A DNA stretch of 64,000 bases, taken from Eledone cirrhosa. Lineage: Eukaryota. Shown here piece by piece: positions 12,516-26,959 of this stretch; positions within the stretch are counted from its first letter, which is position 1; every line of letters begins with the position of its first letter. The notes under the pieces were generated by a model. That model saw nothing but the letters and a program-made list of their open reading frames with translations, was not told where the DNA came from and did no database searches. Where the stretch lies: assembly GCA_964016885.1 (NCBI GenBank), contig OZ024741.1, positions 64,976,001 through 65,040,000 of the forward strand. Direction: 5' to 3'. The position numbers were made by a program, and so were the translations under genes.

Positions 12516-14754
12516 TCACATGTGGTGGTTGTGCTGGTGGTGATGATGATGGTGTTGTTGGAGGAGTCGGGTGTTGGAGTGATGGTGATAACAGTATTGG
12601 TGGTGGTTATTGTTATTTAGCCCAATAAACCTATGACCAAAGACATTCTAACAGTGACCATCATGTCTATTTTCAAGCATAGTGCATCTATGACCCCATT
12701 ATCTGAAAGTGGTGGCACAGATTCTGATATTGATGAGTGTTTGGGTTGTTAATGGTGGTGGTGTGTGTGTAAGCATGTGGCTTAGTGGTTAGAGAATTGG
12801 GCTTATGAGTTTGATTCCTGCAACAAACAGTGCATTGTGTCCTTGAATAAGACACTTTCACGTAACACCAGTTCACCCATCTGGAAAAAATGAGTTGGGA
12901 CGCCACTGGTATGCATGGGTGGCTGCTGATCTTTCAAAAAAATTCCATGCCTGGGATTGTATCTTGGAGAGGAACTTTCTAGGTACAAATTCTATGGTCA
13001 TTGATGACCAAAAGGACTCTTTACCATTTATATATATATATATAAAATAATAATAATAATAAAAAGGACAAAGTATTAAATCTTCATTACATTTATTGAA
13101 GTGTGATGCGCATTTCTCAATTGATCAGCTCAAGGTTTGATTTGTATTGATCGCCCGGATCTGGAATCAAAAGCTCGTCAGACTTCTGTTATGGTAATGT
13201 TGCTACAATCCCTAAACTATATATATATATATATAAATCAGTATATAGAGAGAAGTATACAAAGAGATATGGGTTTAATCATAGAGGATAGAAATATGGA
13301 ATCTACACTTTTTATCGCAAAACATACTCTGATTAGAGCATGTCCAGGTGTAATAGTTATTAGTGGATGGTTAGTACATTTTAATCTATTATTTTAATTG
13401 ATCTGTACTCTCCTTTCCTTTCATAGACAATATATTCTTCACTCTGGTGGTTTTCTATCCCCTATAATTAAACACATACCTTTTATATTGATTTATAAAG
13501 AGCTCGGAATTTATTCCTTGAGCTCATTAAATTATAGGGGATTAACCCGAGTCTTTAACTCCATTTTTGTAATTTGATATATATATATATATATATGGCC
13601 TACAATCAATACTGACCAAAACACATTAGGAAAGGTATCCTGAAAGAGTGGCACATCATCATGGAGGAGCACTAGATGGCACAGGTCTCCTACTTTTCAA
13701 TGATGCACCCTCAGGTTTAGAAAAAATATGGTGATATGCTTATTCTGAAACACTGCCTTAGAATTATTGTTCTATTGCCATACCCTCACTGCAGAGCACC
13801 AAAGCCTGGTGACAGGCCTGGAAAGAGAGAAGAGATAAATAGAAGATAAAGAGGAGATAAATAAATAGGAGAGAGAGGGGAGATACATAGATAGAAAAGA
13901 GAGTAGATAATAGATAGAAGAGATAGATAGAGAGGGAAAGAGAGGAGGTTGAAAGTTATCAATATTGTAAGGTAAAGTATATAGAAGTCACAGACAATGA
14001 GTTGTTTGATCAACTGTATTAATAGCAAATTAAATTAACATATAAATGTCTGAGCAATCCACAGATATATGTAGCCATAAGATAATTCTCAAGGAGATTC
14101 AGCATAGCACACTGTGTGGCAAGGCTGGTCTTTATAATTACAGGAACCATCCATCTGACAGGCTTGTAAACAGTTTGTTTACCCAAATTCAGTCATGTCT
14201 TGGGCTATAGTAAAATATATTTTCCAAAGATTAAATTCAGTGGGATTGAACCCATAACCTCACGATACTGAAGAAAGCTGCTTAACTATGGTAAATGATT
14301 AAAGCATATTTATTAAGTTAAGAGGTGAGAAAATGGGTCGAGAGGACGTTTCTGTTGTGTCAAAGACATGACAACCTCTCTAATGTTGGTGGCATGATAA
14401 AATGTATCCAGTACATTTTGTAGTAAACAGGAACTTATGTAAATGACATGTACCCTACCCTCACCACTCAGGGCTCAAGAGGTCAGTGGCTCTAGCTAAT
14501 ACGGACTGTGATGATTCATCCAACCCAACACTTGCCAGCAGGGAAAACTGATTTTAAATAATGATGGTTATGATGAATGTGTTGATTATAATATATATGC
14601 TCTTTGGCCCTCCAGTCAATCACTTTCCATGTATTGTCCTGGTAGGGCAGTACAAAGTCTGGCGATCGGAAGGCTGGTAAATCCTTGGTAATCCATTAGC
14701 GGGTAATTATCTAGGTCCAGAAGGCAGGTGGGGTTCGTAAGGTAAGTCTGGAAA

Positions 14755-15017
14755 AATAGTTAATAAATGAAACAAACAAAACAGGAGGCAATTTTACACA
14801 GTTATATTAGGTTCATGCTTGGTGGAAGTGGAGGAGGTTTTAACTTCCTTAACCTTCTCACACTACTCATACGTCTATCTGTTCTCTCCTTATCTGAACT
14901 TTCCTGAAGAAGGACTTCTGTCCGAAATGTTGAAACCTCCTACACTTCCACCAATTGTGAACCTAATATAACTGTGTAAAATTGGCCTCCTGTGTTTTGT
15001 TTGTTTCATTAACTATT
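14755..15017. mobile_element. Inverted-repeat PLE remnant containing a minimal hammerhead (14900-14935, +)
   Basis: Arms about 14755-14840 / 14932-15017; TTTC-CTGAAGA-AGGACttctGTCC-GAAA-TG-TT-GAAA. Confidence 0.6.
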
Positions 15018-16421
15018 GTCCTGGTACCCTGTCCTGATCCATTCTGAACATATACCCTAGCCACCTTAACTACCAGTGTTTTTATTTCAAAGACCACAGT
15101 ATTACAACTAGTTTTGCAGTATAGCCCCTCATTACACAATTTGTGGGGCCAGAAGATGTGGCAGATATATTTTTCATGTATCCATCATGCCCTATAAAAC
15201 TCAACAGCCATCTCCCTATCATAGACTACAGACAGAAAATCACAGGTACGAGGTGATGTGTAAGTGAAATGAAATAGATCAATTAGGGAATTGAATATGC
15301 TGCACAAACACTCAGACTTGCCGTCTGGTTAAGCTTACTTTGCACTTTATATATAGTTTAACACAGAAAGAAGATAATAATGATAAATAAATAAATAGAT
15401 AAATAAATTTAAAAAAACATGAAAGCAGGGAATGAAAAGCAGACACTGCTTGTTAAATTTTTGCATAATATCCTCAAAGCTCAGACATCAGAAAAAGCAT
15501 AAATAGCGCATAGAAATAGTAACTAGGAATGTTATATGGACATCAGTTATTCTTCCTTTTTTTCTTGTTTATATATATAGGTATATATATAATGGTCTTA
15601 ATACTGATATATAGGTATATATGTATTTATATATGTGTGTGTATGTATAACCCATGCTAGCATGGAAAATGGACGTTAAACAATGATGATGATGCTGAGT
15701 GTGTGTGTATGTACATACATATATGTGTATGTATCTATGTGTGTGTGTGTGTGTGTATATATATTTCGACTTTCGTATGTTGTTGTTGTTGCTGGTGTTT
15801 GTGAACTGTTTCTAAACTACCAAGGCAAAGCTCTTCACTAAAAGAGTGAATATGAAAGTCAGCCTCAAGAATAGTATACAAAATGTAATGCAAATACTGA
15901 TACTATACTAGTTGTTATTAAAAGAAATTGGCATATTATCATCATACAGAGCATTCATTGTGTTCTTGTTTTAGGAATTTCCAGCTAGTCATTTCCACCT
16001 CCACCTTCAACTACCACAGCCACTGCACAGCTAACACAAACACCAGTAAGTAAGTAAAGCTGAAAACATTTCTATTGGTTATCAATAATGAACTTGTCAT
16101 AGACATATATCTATACATTGGCACACACGCACACACGTGTGTGTATGTGCGTGTGTGCATGTGTTTGTGTGCGTGTGTGTACATTATGTATGTGTATATA
16201 TATATATATATGTAGGTTCTCAAGTGGTGTTGGGAGGTAACCACAGTTTAAAAAGGTACTCAATACATTGGTAGAGTATAGGCAACTTCATTATATATAG
16301 ATGATTTCATATGAATGAAACAGTTCTAGTCATGTAGAAGTCATTCCATATATAATAAAGATGACTGTGATAAACAGGTGAAACTCCAGAGCAACAAGAC
16401 TCACTATTTAGCCTGAATAAA

Positions 16422-16452
<31 letters not shown>

Positions 16453-16794
16453 AGAGAGAGAGATACATTCTCCACTGGATGGGTAATGTTAGTGTTCATG
16501 AGCAACAGTGCACAAATCAGCTGAGGGAAAAGTTGGATATACGAGGAATCAGATGTAGTGTTCAAGAATGAAGACTATGTTATGTATATGGAGGATGTCA
16601 GTTGTATAAAGTGCTGAGCATTTGCAGTAAATGGAAGAGGGGAAATTTGGGAAGCCAAGGAGTGAAGTGGTGAAAGTTAACCTTAAGAAATTGATCCTTA
16701 TGAAGGACATGACTTAGGACCATGACAATTGGTGACACAGTGCTGGATAGGGACCACTCAGTGGTGCAAGCACAAAGCAAAAAGGTTGCTAAAA

Positions 16795-16980
16795 TAATTG
16801 TTTCTACTTTTGGCACAAGGCCAGCAATTACCAAGTGCATTACTGGTACTTTATTTTATCGACCCCAGAAAGATGAAAGGCAAAGTTAACCTCAACAGGA
16901 TTTGAACTCAGAATGGCAAGGGCCATAACTATATGTCAAAGCATGGCATCCGACCCTCTACCGATACTGCAGATTGCTAA
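16795..16980 (-). mobile_element. Family A SINE adjacent to a degenerate RTE fragment (about 16470-16770)
   Basis: Reverse complement of 850-1040. Confidence 0.8.
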
Positions 16981-18130
16981 AATAATGTTGGTGGCTCAGC
17001 ACACCTCTGTTAAGTCTCCAATCTCCATCTAGTTCTCTATTCATCTGCTTTCATCTCTCAGCTTTTACCCTATTCGCTATATCATATCAATGTGTAACGA
17101 GGAATGGCATTTGATCTATCCATATTCAGCCCTTTTATCATCTTTCTCTCTCCTGATTATCATCCATGTAACAAGGGAGAGCATCCAATCTGACCCTGTT
17201 CAGAACCACTGACTCATCCCCAACTCCTATCTACTATTTCTTCTCCATGCCCTTTTATTGACATCTAGCACTTTCACCATCACTTATTCTTGTTATTCAT
17301 TACTAGTTCTCCCTGACATGAACCATGACTCATATTTATGGCTATTTTTCATGCTGCTTGTGCTGTTGTCTAGTCAATCACAGGTTGGATCTATGACCAA
17401 AGATGTTCCAGCCATTATTACTATTTCAGCTTTTTTGTATATTTAGGAATACATTGTCTTATGTCCTTCCATATTAAAGGTAGGTACAGAGTGATCTGAC
17501 TGCCATCTTTAGCAGGTTGATTGACTGTGTAGAGGCTCCTACTTTGGCTACCCAGAGGGTGTCATACTAGTCATAGACGAGGCCACATGGACTGGGTCAA
17601 TAAGGATTGAATATCTCTCTGGTGGACACAAGACAGCACAAGAAATGGAACACAAACTCTTGACCCTTTGCTTCAGTATTGACATAACTAGTTGTAATTC
17701 TTCCCCAGTATTATACCAATTATCAAACTTCTCCAATTAAGCAATGTTTTTACTAATTGCCAAGTACTTTGCTTGGTTTTCTAGCCACTCCTCCACCAGA
17801 ATTCTTTATCTCAAGTTCCTTACAACTTCTAAATGGTACTCTTTAACATACTAATGTTTCCAAATAAATAAATAGATATATAAGTAAAATCAAGTATTAA
17901 AACATACATAAATAAAACTAAAGCAAAATGTCAATTAGCTTTAATAAAAATTAACTTATTTGCTATTAGTAAGAGCGCACACACACATGCATACATACAT
18001 TTACACAAACATATTCACACATGGGAAAAAAAGCAATCGTGATTTACAAGTTATTCTCAGATTTGGTCCAAATTCTTGCAACAGTGTGGACTGACCAGAG
18101 GTTCCTAAGCTGTATCACAACACTTTAGTA

Positions 18131-18320
18131 CAGAGGTTCTCAAAATGGGCGCTACCCCGGGCTCCCACGGCAAAGGTCCAAGGGGACACCGAGGCCTAAG
18201 GAGGCGGCAGTAGGGATGATATATAATTTGCGTGTAAGCAGATATCTCTGGAAATAGGGTTGGGGATATTACGTAGGCATGAGGGGGGGTTGGTGACATA
18301 CTAAAGTTTCAGAACCTCTA
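18131..18320. mobile_element. hAT (Charlie-like) MITE
   Basis: TIRs CAGAGGTTCTCAAA / TTTCAGAACCTCTA; 8-bp flanks CTTTAGTA / CATTAGTA (7 of 8 identical) consistent with a hAT target duplication. Confidence 0.75.
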
Positions 18321-18627
18321 CATTAGTATGTCACCAATAATATCTAGGTGAGCCATGAATTTAGTCAATTTGTATGAATATTTTTGACAGTGTAGTATAT
18401 TTGAGATTTGAGACTGTATACAAGCTCATGTATCCCATTAAATTGTTTCTTTATTTATATACTTTCTTCAAGACCACTTCCATGACCCGACGCTTACTCC
18501 CCCCCAAAAAAATCTTCCACAGTGGGATGACTGCCCCACCCTCATCAAGCAACATGTAACTTGATCTACCCCACCTACTCTCATCATTGCCTTTCTCAAC
18601 CTGGCCAAGGACACCACAACCCACAAT

Positions 18628-20340
18628 GTAAAGTGGTAGTGCTAGTGCCATGATAATATGCAACCAGCCCATTCTGTAAAGTGGTAGTGCTAGTGCCATG
18701 ATAATATGCAGCCAAGCCATTCTGTAAAGTGGTAGTGCTAGTGCAATGATAATATGCAACCAGCCCATTCTGTAAAGTGGTAGTGCTAGTGCCATGATAA
18801 TATGCAACCAGCCCATTCTGTAAAGTGGTAGTGCTAGTGCCATGATAATATGCAACCAGCCCATTCTGTAAAGTGGTAGTGCTAGTGCCATGATAATATG
18901 CAGCCAAGCCATTCTGTAAAGTGGTAGTGCTAGTGCCATGATAATATGCAACCAGCCCATTCTGTAAAGTGGTAGTGCTAGTGCCATGATAATATGCAAC
19001 CAGCCCACTCTGTAAAGTGGTAGTGCTAATGCCATGATAATATGCAGCCAAGCCATTCTGTAAAGTGGTAGTGCTAGTGCAATGATAATATGCAACCAGC
19101 CCATTCTGTAAAGTGGTAGTGCTAATGCAATGATAATATGCAACCAGCCCATTCTGTAAAGTGGTAGTGCTAGTGCCATGATAATATGCAACCAGCCCAC
19201 TCTGTAAAGTGGTAGTGCTAGTGCCATGATAATATGCAACCAGCCCATTCTGTAAAGTGGTAGTGCTAGTGCCATGATAATATGCAACCAGCCCATTCTG
19301 TAAAGTGGTAGTGCTAGTGCCATGATAATATGCAACCAGCCCATTCTGTAAAGTGGTAGTGCTAGTGCCATGATAATATGCAACCAGCCCATTCTGTAAA
19401 GTGGTAGTGCTAATGCAATGATAATATGCAACCAGCCCATTCTGTAAAGTGGTAGTGCTAATGCAATGATAATATGCAACCAGCCCATTCTGTAAAGTGG
19501 TAGTGCTAATGCAATGATAATATGCAACCAGCCCATTCTGTAAAGTGGTAGTGCTAGTGCCATGATAATATGCAACCAGCCCATTCTGTAAAGTGGTAGT
19601 GCTAGTGCCATGATAATATGCAGCCAAGCCATTCTGTAAAGTGGTAGTGCTAATGCCATGATAATATGCAACCAGCCCATTCTGTAAAGTGGTAGTGCTA
19701 GTGCCATGATAATATGCAGCCAAGCCATTCTGTAAAGTGGTAGTGCTAATGCCATGATAATATGCAACCAGCCCATTCTGTAAAGTGGTAGTGCTAGTGC
19801 CATGATAATATGCAGCCAAGCCATTCTGTAAAGTGGTAGTGCTAATGCCATGATAATATGCAACCAGCCCATTCTGTAAAGTGGTAGTGCTAGTGCAATG
19901 ATAATATGCAACCAGCCCACTCTGTAAAGTGGTAGTGCTAATGCCATGATAATATGCAACCAGCCCATTCTGTAAAGTGGTAGTGCTAGTGCCATGATAA
20001 TATGCAACCAGCCCATTCTGTAAAGTGGTAGTGCTAGTGCCATGATAATATGCAGCCAAGCCATTCTGTAAAGTGGTAGTGCTAGTGCCATGATAATATG
20101 CAACCAGCCCATTCTGTAAAGTGGTAGTGCTAGTGCCATGATAATATGCAACCAAGCCATTCTGTAAAGTGGTAGTGCTAGTGCCATGATAATATGCAGC
20201 CAAGCCATTCTGTAAAGTGGTAGCGCTAATGCCATGATAAAATGCATCCAGCCCACTCTGTAAAGTGGTAGTGTTGGTGCCATGATAGAATGTACCCAGC
20301 CCACTCTGTAAAGTGGTATGCTAATACCATCATAGAATGT
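18628..20340. repeat. 48-bp minisatellite, about 35 copies
   Basis: Unit GTAAAGTGGTAGTGCTAGTGCCATGATAATATGCAACCAGCCCATTCT; followed by SINE/RTE tail 20350-20520. Confidence 0.95.
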
Positions 20341-20633
20341 ATCCATTACAGTCTGTAAGGTGGCTGCCATTAGGAAGGACATGTGGCCATAGAAACCATG
20401 ACAAATATGGAACTTATGAGCAAAATAAGGTTGCTCAGACTCATCTGGTTTCAGACAATGACAACCTGTCTAACTCATGCCAGTGTGAAAAGCAGACATA
20501 AGATGATGATGATGATGATGATTGTATGTATAAACACATATATTCTGTATCAGTGTATACAATATCTTTGCGAGATAGGAAAAGAAAGATCAACCGGAGT
20601 AGATAAATCCTGTGTTGGAATTTCATCAGCAGC

Positions 20634-20745
20634 TGAATATCCACGGAGACACCGAGTATCCATAGACACATTGAGTATCCACAGAGACACTGAGTATCCA
20701 TGGTGACATTGCGTATCCATGGACACACTGAATCTATGGAGAGAC
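20634..20745. repeat. Degenerate 19-bp tandem repeat, about 6 copies
   Basis: CTGAGTATCCACAGAGACA-like units. Confidence 0.7.
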
Positions 20746-23700
20746 TGCTTATAAATCCACTAAGGGCTTAAGTAAACTGGACAGACCAATTTATATTTTT
20801 AATTAATAATTAAACATCTAAAAAATCTGAAGTAAATTGTAAATTTGAATAAATAATTTACTTAGTGTTATTTTGTTTATTCTAAAAATGTTTATTAGCA
20901 GGACCAAAATATCCACCATTCTAACAATTCTGCTAAATGAATTCTAACTTTTGCGTTAAGTTACACTACATATTTCAAAATTTCTAGGAGAGTGGGTGGT
21001 AGTAAATCTAATTGATTCTGATACTTGATCAGTACTTATTGATTTCTGATCAACTGGGATTTCAAATACAAAAATAGAAAAGTTGAAACTAAACAGAGCA
21101 CAATATCTGACAGGCAATAATTTAACTAATAGAAAAAATATAATGTAGACACTGTGATATGAACACTTGCTGGTCAATTGTCCAATGTTTTAGCTATCCC
21201 CAAAAAATAGTTTAACCTTTTTGATACTAAACTGACTGAAATCACTCCTGGTTCTAGGAGATAAAAACTTTATATTTATCTAAAACATTTCCATCATAAT
21301 TTTATGTAAGGAATTTTGATATGTTCCAAACTCCAACTTAATAATGAGAAAGTTAGCTATATTACTAAATCCCGCCAAAATTCTTGTTTATTTGAAAAAT
21401 AATTTGAACATTATAGGTTAATGCAGATCCCTGGAAAAGGGTTGCCTAGTAATACAAAGGGATATTCTCAAGTGCCAGAATGTATAAGCATAAAGATGAC
21501 AACAGCATCAATAACAACAACAGCAATATTGGCTAGATAGTTATTTATACACAACATTTTCAAACAGAAAAGAGAAACATGCCCACTGACAGGCTTGAAC
21601 CAGGCTATCTATTGATTGCAAAATGATGACATTATCAATTACAATATTGATTGTCTTTGATTTCATCTTTTTTAGAAGTTGAAAGGGAAGCAGAAAATGC
21701 TTCAATAAGGATATGGCAAAATCATTTAAGTGAAAGACCATCACTAATAGCAGAGAGTAAACCCCCAGAAAGGAGAAAACATCCTAATGCTCAAATAATA
21801 GGAGGGGTTACAACTGCATCACAATTCTGGTGGTAGTGACATGGATAAAATCATGCAACAGAGTGGACTATAAAACCTGGATATTCTCTGTTAGTATCAA
21901 TGCTGTTTAGCATAGGTAGTGAGAGTGATTCTGTCAGAGAGTGCCAAAATTGAAGAGATCTCCAGTCGACAGTTGATGATGGGTATGTCCTGCAGTGCAA
22001 GTTGTATGCAGAATATATAATTTGTTTTGGTTTGGCAAGTTATAGTTGCATAGTTATTCTTTCAGTTCTTATTGCATATGTAAATAGCTATTTTCATCAT
22101 TTTATTTAAATGAAGATAGATTTCATGGTGAACGGTCAAGCAAACTCTCTTATATACACATATATATAGCAGGTGTGAACAAAAAAGAACCAAACTCTCA
22201 CTGTCACTAACTCCGTCTCTCCCACTCTTCCCATCTCTCACTATTGTAAGGAAATGGGGGCCCACACGTTAGCTGCCTTGCAGCTGTGGTGGATAGAATA
22301 GAGAAGGTGTTTCCTCGGAGGATGGTGAGGGAGATGCGCTGGAAGAGCCAGTTCAGCTTGCAAGGCTCATACCTTCAGGAAGCCAACTCAGTGCCAGGAG
22401 GCCATGGCTGGAACACTTGATTATATAGGTCAACTCCTAATTAGGGCTGACCTGAGGCGAAACAACAACTAAAAAAATTTTTTTTAATCAATGATGATTT
22501 CTCTTAGCTTTGCCAATGAGCATTCAGTTGTTTGATCAACTGGGCTATCTACTCATTAAATTAAAGTGTGGTTGAGTATTCCACAAACGTGCACACTTAA
22601 CATAATACACAGGGAGATTCAGCATGACACAGTGTGTGACAAGGCTTTGACTTAGAGGTATAGTCCATCCAATGGGCTTCCAAATAGTTTCTGTCCACCC
22701 AATTTCACTCACACAGCTTGGGTTAACTCAAGGCTATGGTAAAAAGAAACACTTGCTCAAGGCGCCACAAAGTGGAATTGAACCTCGGACCTCATGATTG
22801 CGAAGTGAACTTCTTGACCATGCCTGGAATCCACTGAAAGAAAAATATAGTGAATTCGAACATTAGTGTGATGCATAGATAACTAATATTATTATCAGCT
22901 TGATTGTGGTGGTTGATTGGCTGTATTGGTTGAGCGCCAGAGAAAATGATTTACGGTATTTGCTTACAGCGTTTTACCTTCTATGTTCAAATTCTACTGA
23001 GCTCAACTCTGCCTTTCATTCTGTCGGAGATCAAGAAAATAAAATACCAGTCAAGTACTGGAATCAATATAATCAACTTTTCCCTTCCCAACAAATTGTT
23101 ATCCCTGTGTGATTAATAAAGAAACCATTGTCAACAGATTGGATATAGAAAACAGATTGGGTAACACTTGTGGTGTATACTTTCCATTGAGGATGGGCTT
23201 CAGCTTAGTTTCTGACATATGAAACCTAAATATTGATCACCACCACCGTTACCACCAAAATCATTGATGTTTGTTAGGCCTAACTTTTTACACTTGTGTA
23301 GGCGGAGGAATAACTTAATACAGCAGTAGCAACATTATCTATCTACCACATTCACTAGTTTTCTTTGTTCTTTGTAGTGCACCTGTATTTCTATATGAGA
23401 GCGAGATTGTGTGTGCACGTATGTATGTGTGAGTGTGGTTGTGTGTGTATGTATATATATATTTGCCATACTGATCCAGCCCTTAATCAGAGCAAAACAT
23501 TTTATCAAGCATGAAAAACAAAGCATAAACAAAAGAAAACCCTGGGAAGGTAGGGGGTATGATGAGGATGATGATGACAACGAGGGTATTGTTATTAAAT
23601 AATTCTGAAACTTTTTTTGACCTTGGGGTGATGAGAGGTAAAGTCAACTTCTCAATATTTGAAATGAAGACATAAAGGGACATATCCAAATACCGCAAGG

Positions 23701-26014
23701 CATTTTGTCTGACACTCTACAGCATTGTTTGTATAAATAATTATTGATTCCTAACATTCACAGACATATATTTGAAAAGAAGTCTTTTTTTTTTTAAACA
23801 TTTTAGTTAGGAGGTAAGGCAATGTATATGACCTTTTCCAGGGCCCCTAAGGCTGGTGGACAGGAACAAGGCAGATATCCTCAAACCAGGGACTCAGTCT
23901 TCATGCTTGCAAAAAGGTTGACTCTATCCTACAAACACTGAAAGTTCAGGTGGTGATGCTGAGCTGGGCAATGAATTTAAGTTAACCTGCAGAAAGATCT
24001 GAACTGGTGCCACAACAAAAAAAGCACACAGTCCACTCTGTTAGGCGGTAGTGGCAGTGCCATGATAAAACATACACAGTATAAGCCGTGAAGTGGTTGG
24101 CATGAGGAAAGGCATCAAACTATAAACCATGCCAGAATAGAACTTATGAGTGAGACATAGTCATCTGACCAGTCAAGTCTCAGAATGCCATCTAACCCAT
24201 GGAAAATAGACGTTAAATGGTGATGATCATCATCATTTGCTCGCTTCAAGCAAAGCAATAAAGCCACTAAAATGCAAGGGGTTAAGGACAAGACAGATAG
24301 AACATAATTCAAATGATGTTGCTTTTGAAGATGAAGATTGATGTTGCTTTTGAAATTGTAGTGGTCAGGAAAGCAAGAAGCCAAAAATATTTTCATAGGT
24401 GAGATGTGCGAGAGAAGAAACTATCAAAATAGAATTTGTGATTGTATTTAGGAACTTCAGCTGTAAATGGACGAGATCTAGTCACCAATTTGGTGCTTTG
24501 TCTAAACTCGCAAAGATGAGGCAACAAAGATGAAAAGCTCACCAAAACAATTCCCATGATATCATCAGATTTGAGGCTTGAACTGAATGTTTGTTGCAAC
24601 AGAGAGGATTCTACTAAACACACCCAAGTGGTGGTGTTAAACAGGTGATTCATTCTACTGCTCATTTTATTGACCATTAATGAGTGAAAAGCCAAGTTGT
24701 GTCCTGAACTTGGAATATAGAGAGATAAAACTAAATGATATTAGGCATTCAGACAACGGCTCTATTATTTGAGCTATTTGACTGTCTTTCTTTTGTATAT
24801 ATATAAGTATTGAAGCTGTTGGCTATGTCAACAGATATTCAAACAGTAACCTTGAAAACTCAGTGTTTAGTTATGGCCATTTATGATCGGAGTTCAAATT
24901 CTGCCAAGGTCAATTTTAACTTTCAGCCTTCTAGAATTGATAAAATAAAGTACAAATCAAGTACTGGGCCCAGTTTATTATTCCTGTAAATCATTCCAGA
25001 TGTGAATCAAATTATAAAATGAAGACTAATTTGAGAAGTTGAGAGGAGAAGGAGGTTCTTATCAATCACAATAATATGCCATGTATGTCGTTATACATTT
25101 AAAATTTACACAGTCATACACACAATGCAATTCTGATTTCAGTTGTGTCGCTACAATAAGAAGTTTGCTTTCCAAAGATAAACTTCTGGGTTTTAACCCT
25201 ACATTTGTCCCTCTAAATAGTTATTTTTCTCATGTTACTTACACATTTAATCCTGTATGTCATTTCTACATACACGCTGAACATTTATATACTTATATCT
25301 TAGAAATAAATTAAAATATCATTCTTATCTTTAATTATTTCTATGAATCATCAGTAATCAACATAAACTATAAAGTTTCTCTTATGCTAACCTTTTATCA
25401 AAACGCAAATTCCACAGTTTGTATTGTTGTTCATATATCCAGTAATCCTGGACTCCAAACATTAAATACATTCAACAGTATTGCTGTCATTATTGACAGC
25501 AATTGTCAACTAGTCTGTAGAGAAGGACAAAAATGTATACAAGATTCCCCTAATGTTCAGCATATGTTAGTACATTGCAGTCGGTATCTGAATTTCAATG
25601 TGGGAGAGAAAGATCTTTTAGCTAGAGAGACTGAATTTTTCTTTGTTGGACAAAATTAAATATAACAAAAACCTACAGAAAACATACATTACATACACAT
25701 ACAGGTAAAACAACCAGCATCTACATACCATTGATGTCACAACTCATTTCTCCAGCTATGTGAACTGGAGCAACATGAAATAAAGTGTCTTGCTCAATGA
25801 CAATGTATCACCTGGTCCAGAAATCAAATTCACAACCTCACAATTGCAAACTCAATGCTCTAACCCATGCACTGTCATCCAAATACACACATATGTTATA
25901 TATATATATATATATATATATTATAAATGTAGGAGGTGAGTTTTATTGTAGTACAATAAAGCAATGCAGATATCGGATAAGAAGCACTCTACAGTTTGTG
26001 GGACTGGAGTATGC

Positions 26015-26352
26015 ATAATATAAGATCAAAAGATGGTTAAAGGAGTTCAATATATTTTATTATGCGCATTTCAAAAACAAACATCATCAAACAATAATAT
26101 TTGTGTTTTCATCAGATAAAACAGGAGAACATGATATGAAGGCTAAAAAAACACTTGTTGATAGTGCAGTTTTAAATCAACATATGTTGATTTAAAACTG
26201 CACTATCAACAAGTGTTTTTTTAGCCTTCATATCATGTTCTCCTGTTTTATCTGATGAAAACACAAATATTATTGTTTGATGATGTTTGTTTTTGAAATG
26301 CGCATAATAAAATATATTGAACTCCTTTAACCATCTTTTGATCTTATATTAT
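26015..26352. repeat. Perfect 338-bp palindrome centred on CATATG (26181-26186)
   Basis: Arms are reverse complements by inspection; abuts (TA)n. Confidence 0.9.
26246..26312 (+). ncRNA. Type I hammerhead ribozyme motif (mirror on minus strand 26055-26121)
   Basis: TTTTAT-CTGATGA-long stem II-GAAA-TGCGCA-TA-ATAAAA; stem I 6 bp; palindromic stem III ATGCGCAT. Confidence 0.75.
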
Positions 26353-26353
26353 A

Positions 26354-26393
<40 letters not shown>

Positions 26394-26915
26394 CATATAT
26401 AACACACACGTGTTATATATATATAAATAAAACATATATAACACATACATATGTTATATATATATATATATATATATATAAGCAGGGAAAAGCAGATGTA
26501 AAATGATGATGATGATGATGATGATGAAAATTAAGATAATAAATGAGAATTGCTGTGTCTCTGCATAGTTTTCTGTCTTGTTGACTTAGCCTCCCCTCTC
26601 AAATGGCACATATTTGGAATAATGGTAACCCCAGGAATGTTTCTACACTACTTTCTGGTGCAAGTGTGGACCATTATTTTGTAAAGAATAAACAAGGTCA
26701 ACAAACTAGATTTATCTGATGACCTTGTGAATATGCAGGTGAAACTCCAGAGTAACAGGACACTGATCTGCCCTTAAAAAAAAAATTATATACACACAAA
26801 CACATTTGACAGCTATTTTTCACACACACATTATATATATACCCACTCTACTAGCCTAAGTATTGAGTACTTTGGTGCGTTATGGTCCCTCTGGTTCCGT
26901 ACCACATTTCCTTTG

Positions 26916-26951
<36 letters not shown>

Positions 26952-26959
26952 TCATCATC

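Noticed and set aside
13095-13140. Hammerhead-like GAAATGCGCATC on the minus strand
   Set aside because: Core reads CTGATCA and stem I does not pair; too degenerate to call
18628-20340. Possible CRISPR-like array
   Set aside because: Head-to-tail repeats with no unique spacers, no cas genes, eukaryotic context
18451-20382. 643-aa and 535-aa repetitive ORFs
   Set aside because: By-product of a 48-bp unit lacking stops in two frames; the array derives from a SINE
21212-21421. Another TTAA-flanked MITE
   Set aside because: Only TTAACCT/AGGTTAA match; TIR too short to support
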